Origin: Chloroflexota bacterium
GTDB lineage: Bacteria; Chloroflexota; UBA11872; VXOZ01
Assembly: GCA_963663275.1 (NCBI GenBank)
Contig: OY760183.1
Location: 576,001-640,000 of the forward strand
Length of the DNA: 64,000 nucleotides
Direction of reading: 5' to 3'
Position numbers and translations under genes: made by a program. Below the pieces are notes generated by a model. That model ran no database searches and was not told the DNA's origin. It worked only from the letters and a program-made list of their open reading frames with translations. Shown here in pieces: positions 29,731 to 39,694 of the stretch. The number at the start of each line of letters is the position of its first letter. Position 1 is the stretch's first letter.

Positions 29731-31314
29731 ATGGCAAGTACCATGAACGAACTGGAAGAGCGCCGGCTTGCCGTTCAGATGAAACTGGACGCCGCCAAGG
29801 ATCAGGCGGAACGGAACCGTTTGGGCCAGTTTGCGACGCCAACGGGACTCGCCGTCGAAGTGCTCCGGTACGCCAGTGAACTACTGGATGCAACTGCGCA
29901 AATCCGGTTCTTGGATCCAGCCATCGGCACCGGGTCGTTCTATTCCGCGCTGCGAGCAGTCTTCCCCGAAGAGCGCCTGGCACATGCCGTTGGCTATGAG
30001 ATCGACCCGCATTACGGCTTGGCAGCGGCAAAGCTCTGGAGCAAGGCGAGCCTGGACGTTCGCCTGGACGACTTTACCCGGACTGAGCCACCGGCGGCCT
30101 CAGAGAGATTCAACCTGCTGATCTGTAACCCCCCTTACGTGCGGCATCATCACATACCGCATGGCGACAAGAAACGCCTCAAGGAACGGGCATGGAAGGC
30201 CTGCGGCGTTGAAATCGATGGGCTTGCCGGCTTGTACTGCTACTTTCTTTGCCTGAGTCATGACTGGCTGGCGCAGGGCGGACTGGCCGGGTGGCTGATA
30301 CCCAGCGAATTCATGGACGTCAATTATGGCGCATCGGTTAAGCGCTACTTGCTCGAAAAGGTTACGCTGACGCGCATCCATCGCTTTGATCCGCACGAGG
30401 CGCAGTTTGGTGACGCTCTGGTCTCATCGTCCGTCGTCTGGTTTAGGAAGGAATGTCCGCCCCGCGACCACGAGGTGCGTATGACGTACGGCGGCTCGTT
30501 GCTGAGTCCGAAATTGGAGCGACTGGCGCCTGTCGCGATGTTGGGCCGCGACCGCAAGTGGATGAAGTACCCGCTGAATGATTTCCGCCAAGACTCGGGC
30601 GCTCCGGCTCTGTCCGACTTCTTCGAGATCAAGCGCGGATTGGCAACGGGCAGCAACCCGTACTTCATCCTGCCGGTCGAAGAAATCGAAGACCGGGGAC
30701 TGCCTTTCGAGGAGTTTCGACCGATACTACCCAGCCCCCGGTACGTGCCGGAAGACGCGGTTGAGTCGGATGAGATTGGCAACCCGGTGTTAGAACGACG
30801 ACTATTCCTCTTGGACTGCCGCTTGGCGGAAGACGAGATCGAGAAGCGCTATCCGGCGCTGATGGCGTACCTCGAGGAAGGAAAAGCGCACGGTGTGGCT
30901 GATCGGTACCTGTGCCGGCATAGAAAGGTCTGGTACATGCAAGAGGACAGACCGGAGGCTCCATTCCTCTGCACCTACATGGGCCGCAACGACAGCAAAA
31001 GGGGACGGCCATTCCGTTTCATCTTGAATCACTCGCGGGCGACGGCCTCTAATGTCTATCTGATGCTATACCCGAAAGAACCGCTCAATCGGTTGCTGCA
31101 AAGAAAACCTGCGTTCAAACAACGTGTCTGGGAGATTCTGAACGAGATACGCCCGCAGGCGATGCTCGGCGAGGGCAGAGTGTATGGCGGCGGGCTGCAC
31201 AAGCTGGAGCCCAAAGAACTGGGAAACGTACCGGCGGTTGCGCTTGCGGAGTTTCTGCGGGAGAAGGGACTGCAACAGAAACAGGAACAGTTGGAATTGT
31301 TCCAGCTAGCCTGA
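29731..31314 (+). CDS. Gamma-class N6-adenine DNA methyltransferase (cognate MTase)
   Basis: GQFATP, LDPAIGTG, CNPPY and GRVYGGGLHKLEPKEL motifs; abuts the REase gene. Confidence 0.9.
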   Translation: MASTMNELEERRLAVQMKLDAAKDQAERNRLGQFATPTGLAVEVLRYASELLDATAQIRFLDPAIGTGSFYSALRAVFPEERLAHAVGYEIDPHYGLAAAKLWSKASLDVRLDDFTRTEPPAASERFNLLICNPPYVRHHHIPHGDKKRLKERAWKACGVEIDGLAGLYCYFLCLSHDWLAQGGLAGWLIPSEFMDVNYGASVKRYLLEKVTLTRIHRFDPHEAQFGDALVSSSVVWFRKECPPRDHEVRMTYGGSLLSPKLERLAPVAMLGRDRKWMKYPLNDFRQDSGAPALSDFFEIKRGLATGSNPYFILPVEEIEDRGLPFEEFRPILPSPRYVPEDAVESDEIGNPVLERRLFLLDCRLAEDEIEKRYPALMAYLEEGKAHGVADRYLCRHRKVWYMQEDRPEAPFLCTYMGRNDSKRGRPFRFILNHSRATASNVYLMLYPKEPLNRLLQRKPAFKQRVWEILNEIRPQAMLGEGRVYGGGLHKLEPKELGNVPAVALAEFLREKGLQQKQEQLELFQLA

Positions 31315-31332
31315 GAACATGCATCTACCTTA

Positions 31333-31505
31333 GAACCTGTTTACGATCTGCTTAGGGGGGAGTCTGCAAAGCCGATAAAGACCGTTCGTGCTGAGCCTGT
31401 CGAAGCATGAACGGCTATACGCCACCTTGCGGCCGTTCCGTTCACCCTTCGACGCGGCTCAGGGCGAACGTTCCTCGTGCAGACAAGAAGATCGTAAACA
31501 GGCTC
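31333..31505. mobile_element. MITE family C (IS5-like ends, TTA TSD)
   Basis: 17-bp TIR GAACCTGTTTACGATCT / AGATCGTAAACAGGCTC (1 mismatch); TTA on both sides. Confidence 0.75.
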
Positions 31506-31651
31506 TTAGAGAACTCTCTCGTAGTCTCGGCCGCGGTGCGCCTCACACTTGGCAGAGTACCTTTGGCAGTCCCGCGTGCGTGCAGTATACTGACACGAGC
31601 GCGGGACGTTTTTCGTGTTGCCTGCGCGCATCACCACGCCGGAGGAAGCAC

Positions 31652-32434
31652 ATGAAAACGAACACAATTCGCGAGAAACTCAACGCCGGTGAGCCGACGT
31701 TGGCGACGCACGTGCATACCACGTGGCCAGGAATGATCGAGGTGATCGGCCTGACCGGCATCTACGATTACGTGGAGTTCGTGGCCGAGTATGCGCCGTT
31801 CAACCTGCACGACCTGGAAAACTTCTGCCGGGCGGCGGAGTTGCACGATCTCTCCACCATGATCAAGGTGGACCAAGCGCCCCGCACCTTCCTGGCGCAG
31901 CGCGCCATTGGGGCGGGTTTTCAGAGCGTGCTCTTTGCCGACAGCCGCACGATCGCGGACGCGGAGGAGTGCGTGCGCGCGGTGCGGGCGGATACGCCGG
32001 AGGCCCGTGGCCTGCACGGCGTGGCCATGCGCCGCGCCTGGTACATGTCCTACGGCGCGGGACCGGACTACCCCCAGGCGCTGGACGACATCGTGGTGGC
32101 GCTGATGATCGAAAGAAAGTCGGCGGTAGACCAGTTGGATGAGTTGCTGGCGGTGGAGGGCATCGACATGGTGCAGTGGGGTCCCGCCGATTATGCCATG
32201 AACATCGGCCATGCCGGCGAGTTCCAGCACCCGGACGTGAAAGCCGCCGAGAAGAAGGTGTTCGAGACCTGCCTGGCAAAAGGCATCCCGCCCCGCGCCG
32301 AGATCAACACGGTCGACCAAGCCCAACGCTTCCTGGACATGGGCGTGCGCCACTTCTGCCTGGGCACCGACATCAACATCATCCACGATTGGCTCACGCA
32401 GCAGGGCGATACGCTGCGTAACATGCTGAGCTAA
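31652..32434 (+). CDS. HpcH/HpaI aldolase family protein
   Basis: GGAGG RBS; MIE...VDQLDELLAVEGID...GPADY motif. Confidence 0.88.
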   Translation: MKTNTIREKLNAGEPTLATHVHTTWPGMIEVIGLTGIYDYVEFVAEYAPFNLHDLENFCRAAELHDLSTMIKVDQAPRTFLAQRAIGAGFQSVLFADSRTIADAEECVRAVRADTPEARGLHGVAMRRAWYMSYGAGPDYPQALDDIVVALMIERKSAVDQLDELLAVEGIDMVQWGPADYAMNIGHAGEFQHPDVKAAEKKVFETCLAKGIPPRAEINTVDQAQRFLDMGVRHFCLGTDINIIHDWLTQQGDTLRNMLS

Positions 32435-32505
32435 GCCTAGGCGCTAGGCGACGTAGACGCAGCGCGTGACTTGCGGCTACGTTTTTCTCACTTCTCAGGG
32501 GGCCA

Positions 32506-33003
32506 ATGCGAGCACCACTTCTATCTCTCGTGGCAAACCTGGTCTTTTCGGTACTCTTCGTACTCGTGACCCTGGAGATTCTGGCGGCAACTGGTCCCAG
32601 AGACTTGTCAGGCTGGCCAATAGTAGGCAGTTGGGTGAGTACGTGGACAACGGCAGCTTGGAAGCTTCTATTTCTTCTCAGCCTACTGTCCGTATTCAGC
32701 CTGGGTGCGATACTGAGATTTCCCAACCTACTTGACTTGGCCGAACAAGCGTCCAGGTATCTAAGGGATTCGCCAGGAGAAGAGAGCCGATTGGCAATTC
32801 TAGCCAGTTTCGCGCTCCTTAGCCTTCGAATTCTCGTTGTGGCTTTTCTGATAATCTCTCCTATTATGTTAATAGGAGCTTGGTACTTCATATTTCTTGA
32901 AGTGGACACAGAGAGACTCAATAGCTTCCAGGTGCTATACGCCTTTTTGGCTTACGTGTTCTATTTGTGTTATGTTTGGCTTCAACGTAGGACAGAGAAT
33001 TAA
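32506..33003 (+). CDS. Hypothetical 4-TM membrane protein
   Basis: Hydrophobic ORF in lower-GC segment; start uncertain. Confidence 0.55.
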   Translation: MRAPLLSLVANLVFSVLFVLVTLEILAATGPRDLSGWPIVGSWVSTWTTAAWKLLFLLSLLSVFSLGAILRFPNLLDLAEQASRYLRDSPGEESRLAILASFALLSLRILVVAFLIISPIMLIGAWYFIFLEVDTERLNSFQVLYAFLAYVFYLCYVWLQRRTEN

Positions 33004-33016
33004 GGGTTGAGAAGTG

Positions 33017-33565
33017 ATGGCATACCTTGGTATTGGCGCTCTCATTTTCTTTCTTGTTGGCATACCTTTGCTCGTGGCAGCAGTACTTGTGGCTGCGATT
33101 GCCGGTAAGGTACTGAGCAGAGCGACGGCATCCGGCCCTAAGCCGGAGCAAGCTGGAGAAAGACTAGCGACCGAACCGGCCACAAGAGCGGCAGAGACGC
33201 AAGTGTCACTTGATCGGCTTAACTACAGAGTGCGGGGTGTCGAACAGTCTGTCAGCCGGATAGAATTGCAGATTGGCCGAAGTTCCGACTTGACCCCAGA
33301 AGAAGGTGCGCACACCGGTTTCGTTGATTCGTCAATCGATCGGAAATATAGGGCCGTAAGCAGTACATTCCTGAGGTCAAGGTTCGCGTCTGGATCGGAA
33401 CCGGAACAGGATTGGAACAAAGTGGTTCGCGACCTGCTCTCCTCGAGCGAACAGCCTTACACTAAACGGCCAAATGATACTAATGGTCTGAAGAAAAAGG
33501 CTACGCGCCCATCGCGAGGCCTCGACCATCAGTCTCGTACTTTAGAGCGGACACCTGTTGCCTGA
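33017..33565 (+). CDS. Hypothetical single-TM protein with short coiled coil
   Basis: N-terminal TM; LDRLNYRVRGVEQSVSRIELQI heptads. Confidence 0.5.
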   Translation: MAYLGIGALIFFLVGIPLLVAAVLVAAIAGKVLSRATASGPKPEQAGERLATEPATRAAETQVSLDRLNYRVRGVEQSVSRIELQIGRSSDLTPEEGAHTGFVDSSIDRKYRAVSSTFLRSRFASGSEPEQDWNKVVRDLLSSSEQPYTKRPNDTNGLKKKATRPSRGLDHQSRTLERTPVA

Positions 33566-34410
33566 TGAACGCAAGCAGTGAAGGCTCCTCCGGCGCGCCA
33601 GTCCAGCTTAGCCCGGATGCTCTCGGCCAAGTGGAACAGACCACAATCCTATTGGGGCGCCTTGCAGGGGATTTAGAATCCAAGAGACTTGAGCCGGCGA
33701 ATGAAAAAGTCAGGCTAATGCGGAGCACGCTCTTGCTCGTAGATACCCCGGCGCCGGGGTTAGCACTGGTCGTGCTGGCGTTGCAGCACTTTGTTGGTAC
33801 TGCCACCAGGCTATTGCAAGAAGACGAGGGTGTACCTGAGCACAGTTGGGATGCGGTCTCTGCCGAGAGTGAAGCCGCGATCTCCCGCATTTCCCAGGCT
33901 TTGCATAGGGCCGACAGCATCGAGGTCTTCCGGTATGTGGGATCCCTGGTTTTCGCGATTGAGAGCTTGGTGGAAAGAATGAACGGAGTGCAAAAGGCTT
34001 GGGAAGAAAACGACGGTATCGAATCCGCACCGGTCAGTGAGAGGACAGAATCGCTTGTGAAGCGAGTATTTGAAAGCGCCACCCTGGATCAAACTCTTCC
34101 CAATAAGCAACCCGGAGGCCTTTTCCTGCTTAGTGAAGGACTATACAGTGCTGCGTGGCTTACTGGTTCAAGTCGCCTCCGGCTGGTTTCATACTTGATG
34201 ACAGAAGTTGCGGGTGGAATTGCCAGATCCGTCCACGAAACGAAATGGGATGAGGGAGACTGGCAATATTGGTCAGGTCAGATCTTGGGCTTAATGCCAA
34301 GACTCAGGAACGACCTGGCGGCAGAGGATTCGACAGCAGTTTTCTTCACCCTGGACAGGCTCTGTCTGATTGCTAATCACGTAAACTTCAGGGGCATCCT
34401 TTACCTCTAG
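33565..34410 (+). CDS. Hypothetical helical protein with internal duplication
   Basis: TGATG coupling to upstream gene; 281 aa. Confidence 0.6.
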   Translation: MNASSEGSSGAPVQLSPDALGQVEQTTILLGRLAGDLESKRLEPANEKVRLMRSTLLLVDTPAPGLALVVLALQHFVGTATRLLQEDEGVPEHSWDAVSAESEAAISRISQALHRADSIEVFRYVGSLVFAIESLVERMNGVQKAWEENDGIESAPVSERTESLVKRVFESATLDQTLPNKQPGGLFLLSEGLYSAAWLTGSSRLRLVSYLMTEVAGGIARSVHETKWDEGDWQYWSGQILGLMPRLRNDLAAEDSTAVFFTLDRLCLIANHVNFRGILYL

Positions 34411-34432
34411 GCAAAAGCCACCCCACACAATC

Positions 34433-35110
34433 TTGTACGACTATCTTCGCCATCGCATTCAGCTTGAGTATTCGTCGGCCTGGCGCGTGGCCGTCAGCGG
34501 CCTGTTGGCGGGCGCTGCCTTGCCGGCCGTGCTGTGGCTGGGCGCTGTGTTGCTCAGCCGTTGGGCACTCGCCATATCCGGCGGGTTCCTGTGGCTAAGC
34601 AGCGGCGGCGTGCTCTACCTGGGTTTAGCGGGCGGATTGGCGGCGCTCGCCGCGCAGCGCGTCAGCCGGCGCAACGACTTCGGTTTCGTAGCCGGGGCGG
34701 CCGTGCTGCTGACACTCTGCCTGCCGCTGGGACTGCTGATTGCGCAGAGCCTTACCGGCGGCGCCGAGGTCGGCCTCGGCGCGCACCTCCGCGCCGCGAT
34801 TACGGCGGCCGCCTTGCAGCAGGCGCTCATACCCACCGTTTTCGCCGGCTTGCTCCTCACCGTCGCCTGGGCCGCGCTGCTGGTGCCCTGCGTGGCGATG
34901 CTGAGCGACGCCGATTGGCAGACGATCATGGACCGCATGGTGAACGAGACCTACCACCGGGACTGGATCGCCTACAACCAGAACTTCATCGACCAGAAGA
35001 AGATCGCCTATTACCTCAAGACCGGACAGCAAGAGAAAGCCGCGCAGCTTGAAGCCGAAGCCGCCAAGCGCGCCCAGCACGTGCCGCCGCGTGAAGCGCG
35101 CCATAGTTAG
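34433..35110 (+). CDS. Hypothetical membrane protein
   Basis: 4 TM segments plus polar tail with native codon usage; start uncertain. Confidence 0.6.
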   Translation: MYDYLRHRIQLEYSSAWRVAVSGLLAGAALPAVLWLGAVLLSRWALAISGGFLWLSSGGVLYLGLAGGLAALAAQRVSRRNDFGFVAGAAVLLTLCLPLGLLIAQSLTGGAEVGLGAHLRAAITAAALQQALIPTVFAGLLLTVAWAALLVPCVAMLSDADWQTIMDRMVNETYHRDWIAYNQNFIDQKKIAYYLKTGQQEKAAQLEAEAAKRAQHVPPREARHS

Positions 35111-35114
35111 CGCC

Positions 35115-35819
35115 GTGCGGGGATTCATTTACCGCTTCGCGCGGGCGCGGCCCTGGGGTCCGGAAATCGCGCTTTGCGCCGTTGCGCTCGCCTTGAGCCT
35201 GGCGGCGCTGCGGGGAGAGCCGCTGCCGCTGGACGCGCCGCTGAGCCAGGCAATCCACGCCTGGCAGTTCCCGCTCCTGCGCCCGGTATTGTGGACAGTC
35301 AGCGAGATTGGCCGGTTCCACATCGCGGCGCCGGTTACCGCCGGCGTCGTCATCGCGCTCGCGGCCATCGGTTGGCGGCGGCAGGCGCTCACGCTCGGCG
35401 GCGCGGCGCTTACCGGACAGGGGTTGAGCCATTTGCTGAAGGCGCTCATAGCGCGCCCGCGGCCGGAATTGGCGGCAGACCAGTTTGCCGCGCTGGGGGC
35501 GGAATCCTACGCCTTTCCCAGCGGACACGCCCTATCGTCCGCGATCTTCTACGGTTTCTTCGCCTACCTGCTCTGGCGGCGCGTCCAAAGGCCCTGGCCG
35601 CGCTGGCTGGGCGTAGGCGTCATGCTCGTCATGATCGCGCTGGTGGGCCTATCCCGCGTCTATCTGGGCGTGCACTGGCCCAGCGACGTGGCAGGAGGCT
35701 ACGCCATCGGCATCCTCTGGCTTCTGCTCTGGACGAGAGCGCAGCGCGCATGGTCCGCCTCCGGGCAAGGCGGCGAGCCGCAAGGTCGGGCACAAACCCG
35801 AAGTCGCGCACAGACGTGA
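35115..35819 (+). CDS. PAP2 family phosphatase
   Basis: K..IARPRP, FPSGH and SRVYLGVHWPSDV motifs. Confidence 0.9.
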   Translation: MRGFIYRFARARPWGPEIALCAVALALSLAALRGEPLPLDAPLSQAIHAWQFPLLRPVLWTVSEIGRFHIAAPVTAGVVIALAAIGWRRQALTLGGAALTGQGLSHLLKALIARPRPELAADQFAALGAESYAFPSGHALSSAIFYGFFAYLLWRRVQRPWPRWLGVGVMLVMIALVGLSRVYLGVHWPSDVAGGYAIGILWLLLWTRAQRAWSASGQGGEPQGRAQTRSRAQT

Positions 35820-35822
35820 GGT

Positions 35823-35920
35823 CGTGCGCAATCGCCAGGCCGTGCACAATCGCAAGGCCGTGCACAATCGCAAGGCCGCGCGCAAACGCAAAGTCGCGCA
35901 CAATCACGAGGTTGCGCGCA
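35823..35920. repeat. 18-bp tandem repeat (CCGTGCACAATCGCAAGG-like), about 5 copies
   Basis: Read directly; copies degenerate outward. Confidence 0.75.
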
Positions 35921-36331
35921 CACGCGGGGGCGCCCGCAGAGCGCCGCGGGCGGCGGCGAGCGCCGTCGCCGCACTTCCGCGCGGGAATCCTGCGTTTGCC
36001 GCCCTTCCTGACTTGTGGCGGACGCGCTAAATGGCTAGAATAGTACAGGCAGACTTTGTGTTTAATTTCACACTGGAGATTGATCGAGAGCGCAAGCGCG
36101 CCTTGCCGGTCGGCCCGCCGTTGCGGCGGGGCGGCAATGCGCTTGCCAACCTCTCGCCGCGCTATCGTTTACAGGGGAGCAAACCACACTAATGGCCAGG
36201 GCATGCCAGCGCCGCAGAGAAGAGCGGCGGTTCTCCGTTCACGGCCTTTGCAACGTCAGGATAGGAAAACCCTGCAACATGCGGACAGACAGATTCCGGG
36301 ACACGGTACGCCGCAAGGAGGCAGCGTAGCC

Positions 36332-37372
36332 ATGCTTACGGCGAAACACGCCTCGGCCCGGCGGCTCCTGCGCATAGCCGGCCTGGCGGTCGTCGGCGCA
36401 GCCGCGGTCGCCCTCTTCGCCGGCTGCGGGGCGGTGGACGGCCCGCAGACCACGCTCTTCCCGCGCTCCGACAACAACCAGGTCATCAACGACCTCTATG
36501 CGCCGCTGACCTGGCTTGCCATCGTCATCTTCATAATCGTCCAGGGCTTGCTGCTCTATTCGGTGTACCGCTACCGCGTGCGCGGCGACGACGACAGCAT
36601 CCCGGAGCAGGTGCACGGCAATACCCGCCTGGAGATTGCCTGGACGATCGCGCCTTCCATCGTCGTCGTCATCATGCTCATCCTGACGTACCAGGCCATG
36701 GCAAAGATCGAAGCCGCGCCGCCGGACGACGCCCTGCGGATCCGCGTGATCGGCCACCAGTGGTGGTGGGAAGTGCACTACCTCGACCTGGACGTAGTCA
36801 CGGCCAACGAGATTCACATTCCCATCGACCGCCCCGTCTATTTCGAACTCGAATCCAATGACGTCATCCACTCCTTCTGGGTGCCGCGCCTCATGGGCAA
36901 ACGCGACTTGATGCCCGGCTCCACGAACACCATCTGGTTCACACCTACGGAGGAAGGCCTTTACATCGGCCAATGCGCCGAATACTGCGGCACCGCCCAC
37001 GCGCAGATGCGCTACCACGTGGTGGTGGAGTCGGAGACCGCCTTCAACAACTGGGTCGCCAGGCAGCGGCAGGACGCCGTGGAAGTGACCGGCGACGCCG
37101 CCGAAGGCGCGCAATTGTTCATCAGCCGCGCCTGCGTCACCTGCCATACCATCCGGGGCACCGACGCGATTGGCGTGATTGGCCCGGACCTTACCCACGT
37201 CGGCAGCCGCTCGTTCATTGCCGGCGGCATCATGGAAAACACCCGGGACAACGTGTCCGCCTGGCTCCGGGATCCGGAAGGCCTGAAACCGGGCAACAAG
37301 ATGATCCTGCCAGTTGAATTGAGCGAAGAGGACATCCGCCTGCTAACCACCTACATCGAGGCGCTCAAGTAG
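36332..37372 (+). CDS. coxB: Cytochrome c oxidase subunit II with cytochrome c domain (caa3 type)
   Basis: GHQWWW, DVIHSFW, CAEYCGTAHAQM (CuA), CVTCH; lipobox FAGC. Confidence 0.95.
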   Translation: MLTAKHASARRLLRIAGLAVVGAAAVALFAGCGAVDGPQTTLFPRSDNNQVINDLYAPLTWLAIVIFIIVQGLLLYSVYRYRVRGDDDSIPEQVHGNTRLEIAWTIAPSIVVVIMLILTYQAMAKIEAAPPDDALRIRVIGHQWWWEVHYLDLDVVTANEIHIPIDRPVYFELESNDVIHSFWVPRLMGKRDLMPGSTNTIWFTPTEEGLYIGQCAEYCGTAHAQMRYHVVVESETAFNNWVARQRQDAVEVTGDAAEGAQLFISRACVTCHTIRGTDAIGVIGPDLTHVGSRSFIAGGIMENTRDNVSAWLRDPEGLKPGNKMILPVELSEEDIRLLTTYIEALK

Positions 37373-37486
37373 CGGTGGGAAGATTGTGAAAATGCTCACA
37401 AACACGGTAATATGGGGATGGAACGTACCCGATGAACGTTGGCGCATAACGGGCAGAGGCGCGTCCGCGCAGCGAGGAGTCTCGGC

Positions 37487-39352
37487 ATGGCAACAGTAAC
37501 AGACGTACGCACACAGGAACGGGTTTCGACCGGCGCGGCGATCTGGAGTTGGGTCACCACCATCGACCACAAGCGCATCGGCGTGCTCTACTTCGTCACG
37601 TCCCTGATCTATTTTCTGGTTGCCGGTTTCGAGGCGCTGCTCATCCGGCTGCAACTCGCCACGCCGGAAGGCCAGTTGCTTGGCTCGGACACCTACAACC
37701 AGCTCTTCACCATGCACGGCACGGCCATGGTCTTCATGGTCGCCATGCCCATGGCCGCGGCCTTCTTCAACTTCCTCATTCCGCTGATGATCGGCGCCCG
37801 GGACGTGGCCTTTCCGCGCCTGAACGCCTTCAGCTACTGGACGTTCCTCGGCGGCAGCCTGCTCATGCACAGCAGCTTTCTCTTCGGCCAGGCGCCCGAC
37901 GGCGGCTGGTTCGGCTACGCCAACCTGACCACCAAGGAATACTCCCCCGGCCTCAGCATCGATTTCTGGGGTCTGGGCCTGCTGGTGCTCGGTGTGGCGT
38001 CGGTAGCCGCGGCGCTCAACTTCATCATCACCATCATCAACCTGCGCGCCCCGGGCATGACCCTGATGCGCATGCCCGTGTTCGTCTGGATGACCTTCGT
38101 TACCTCATTCCTCATCATCTTCGCCTTTCCCGCCATCACGGCCGCGCTCATCTTCCTGGAATTCGACCGCCTGTTCGGCACGAACTTCTACGAAGTGGCC
38201 GAAGGCGGCGACCCGATGCTCTGGCAGCACCTCTTCTGGGTCTTTGGACACCCGGAGGTCTATATCCTGGTCTTGCCGGGCTTCGGCATCGCCTCGGAAA
38301 TCCTGCCCACCTTCTCGCGCAAGCCCATCTTTGGCTACAGCGCCATGGTCTTTGCCGCCGTGTCCATCGGCTTCCTGGGCTTCAGCGTGTGGGCGCACCA
38401 CATGTTCACCACCGGCATGGGCACCATCGCCGACGCCGCTTTTGCCGGTTCCACCATGCTCATCGCCATTCCCACCGGCATCAAGATGTTCAACTGGGTG
38501 GCCACCTGCTTTGGCGGGCGCATCCGCCTGACGGTGCCCATGCTCTTTGCGCTGGGATTCCTCACCACCTTCCTCATCGGCGGCCTTACCGGCCCCATGC
38601 TGGCGGCCGTGCCGCTGGACCTGCACTTCCAGGATAGCTACTTCGTGGTCGGCCACTTCCACTACGTGCTCTTCGGCGGCCTCATCCTGGCGCTGATGGG
38701 CGGGGTCTACTACTGGTATCCCAAGATTACGGGCCGCATGATGAGCGAGAAGATCGGCAAGTGGCACTTCTGGCTCATGTTCCTGAGCATGAACTTCACC
38801 TTCTTCCCCATGCACTTCGTGGGGCTGGACGGCATGCCGCGCCGCGTGGGCACCTATGCCGCCGGCATGGGCTGGGACTTCTGGAACATGTTCATCACCA
38901 TCAGCGCCTTCGGCATCGGCCTTTCCATCCTGGTGTTCCTCCACAACTTCGTGGTCAGCTACAAGAAGGGCGAACCGGCCGGCAACGACCCCTGGGACGC
39001 GCGCACGCTGGAATGGGCGATGCCCAGCCCGCCGCCGGAGCACAACTTCGATGAAATCCCCCTTGTCACCCACCGCGATCAGGTGTGGTACGACAAGTAT
39101 GGCGAGGGTCACGGCGACGCGGCGCAACTCAGGAAAACCACCGCGGCCGTGGCCGACGAGCCCGACGAGGAAGTTGACGTCCACATGCCGAACCCGTCCT
39201 ACTGGCCGCTTCTGGTCGGCGCGGGCCTGACGATCGCGGCCGCCGGCTTGATGATTCACATTCTGGTGGCGATATTCGGCGTCGCCTGGACGATCGTGTC
39301 GATTTACGCATGGTCGCTGGAACCCGCCTCCGACCCGCCGGGAGAACATTAG
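37487..39352 (+). CDS. coxA: Cytochrome c oxidase subunit I (A1 type)
   Basis: DHKRIG, TMHG, FGHPEVY, WAHHM, HFHYV and GMPRR motifs. Confidence 0.97.
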   Translation: MATVTDVRTQERVSTGAAIWSWVTTIDHKRIGVLYFVTSLIYFLVAGFEALLIRLQLATPEGQLLGSDTYNQLFTMHGTAMVFMVAMPMAAAFFNFLIPLMIGARDVAFPRLNAFSYWTFLGGSLLMHSSFLFGQAPDGGWFGYANLTTKEYSPGLSIDFWGLGLLVLGVASVAAALNFIITIINLRAPGMTLMRMPVFVWMTFVTSFLIIFAFPAITAALIFLEFDRLFGTNFYEVAEGGDPMLWQHLFWVFGHPEVYILVLPGFGIASEILPTFSRKPIFGYSAMVFAAVSIGFLGFSVWAHHMFTTGMGTIADAAFAGSTMLIAIPTGIKMFNWVATCFGGRIRLTVPMLFALGFLTTFLIGGLTGPMLAAVPLDLHFQDSYFVVGHFHYVLFGGLILALMGGVYYWYPKITGRMMSEKIGKWHFWLMFLSMNFTFFPMHFVGLDGMPRRVGTYAAGMGWDFWNMFITISAFGIGLSILVFLHNFVVSYKKGEPAGNDPWDARTLEWAMPSPPPEHNFDEIPLVTHRDQVWYDKYGEGHGDAAQLRKTTAAVADEPDEEVDVHMPNPSYWPLLVGAGLTIAAAGLMIHILVAIFGVAWTIVSIYAWSLEPASDPPGEH

Positions 39353-39377
39353 CGCGTATTCCATAGGACTAGCCGTT

Positions 39378-39530
39378 GTTCCACAGCAAAGGCAGTTGCT
39401 CCATGGCAAAGGCATCTGTTCCATAGCAAAGGGCAGTTGCTCCATAGCAAAGGGCAGTTGCTCCATGGCAAAAGCATCTGTTCCATAGCAAAGGGCAGTC
39501 GTTCCATGGCAAAGGCAGTCGTTCCATAGG
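39378..39530. repeat. 20/21-bp tandem repeat (TCCATRGCAAAGGGCAGTTG-like), about 7-8 copies
   Basis: Read directly between coxA and coxC. Confidence 0.85.
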
Positions 39531-39694
39531 AATGGCGGCCTTTCCCGGAATAGCAGCGCAGGCGCGCTCCCATCCTGTCCCCTCTCCCTGAGGGAGAGGG
39601 CTAGGGTGAGGGTTGAGAGTGCGGATGAGAGTTAAGACGAAAATACCAAAGCGCAATAGAGCCAATTGCGGGCTAGCGTGAGGAGAATCTCTGA

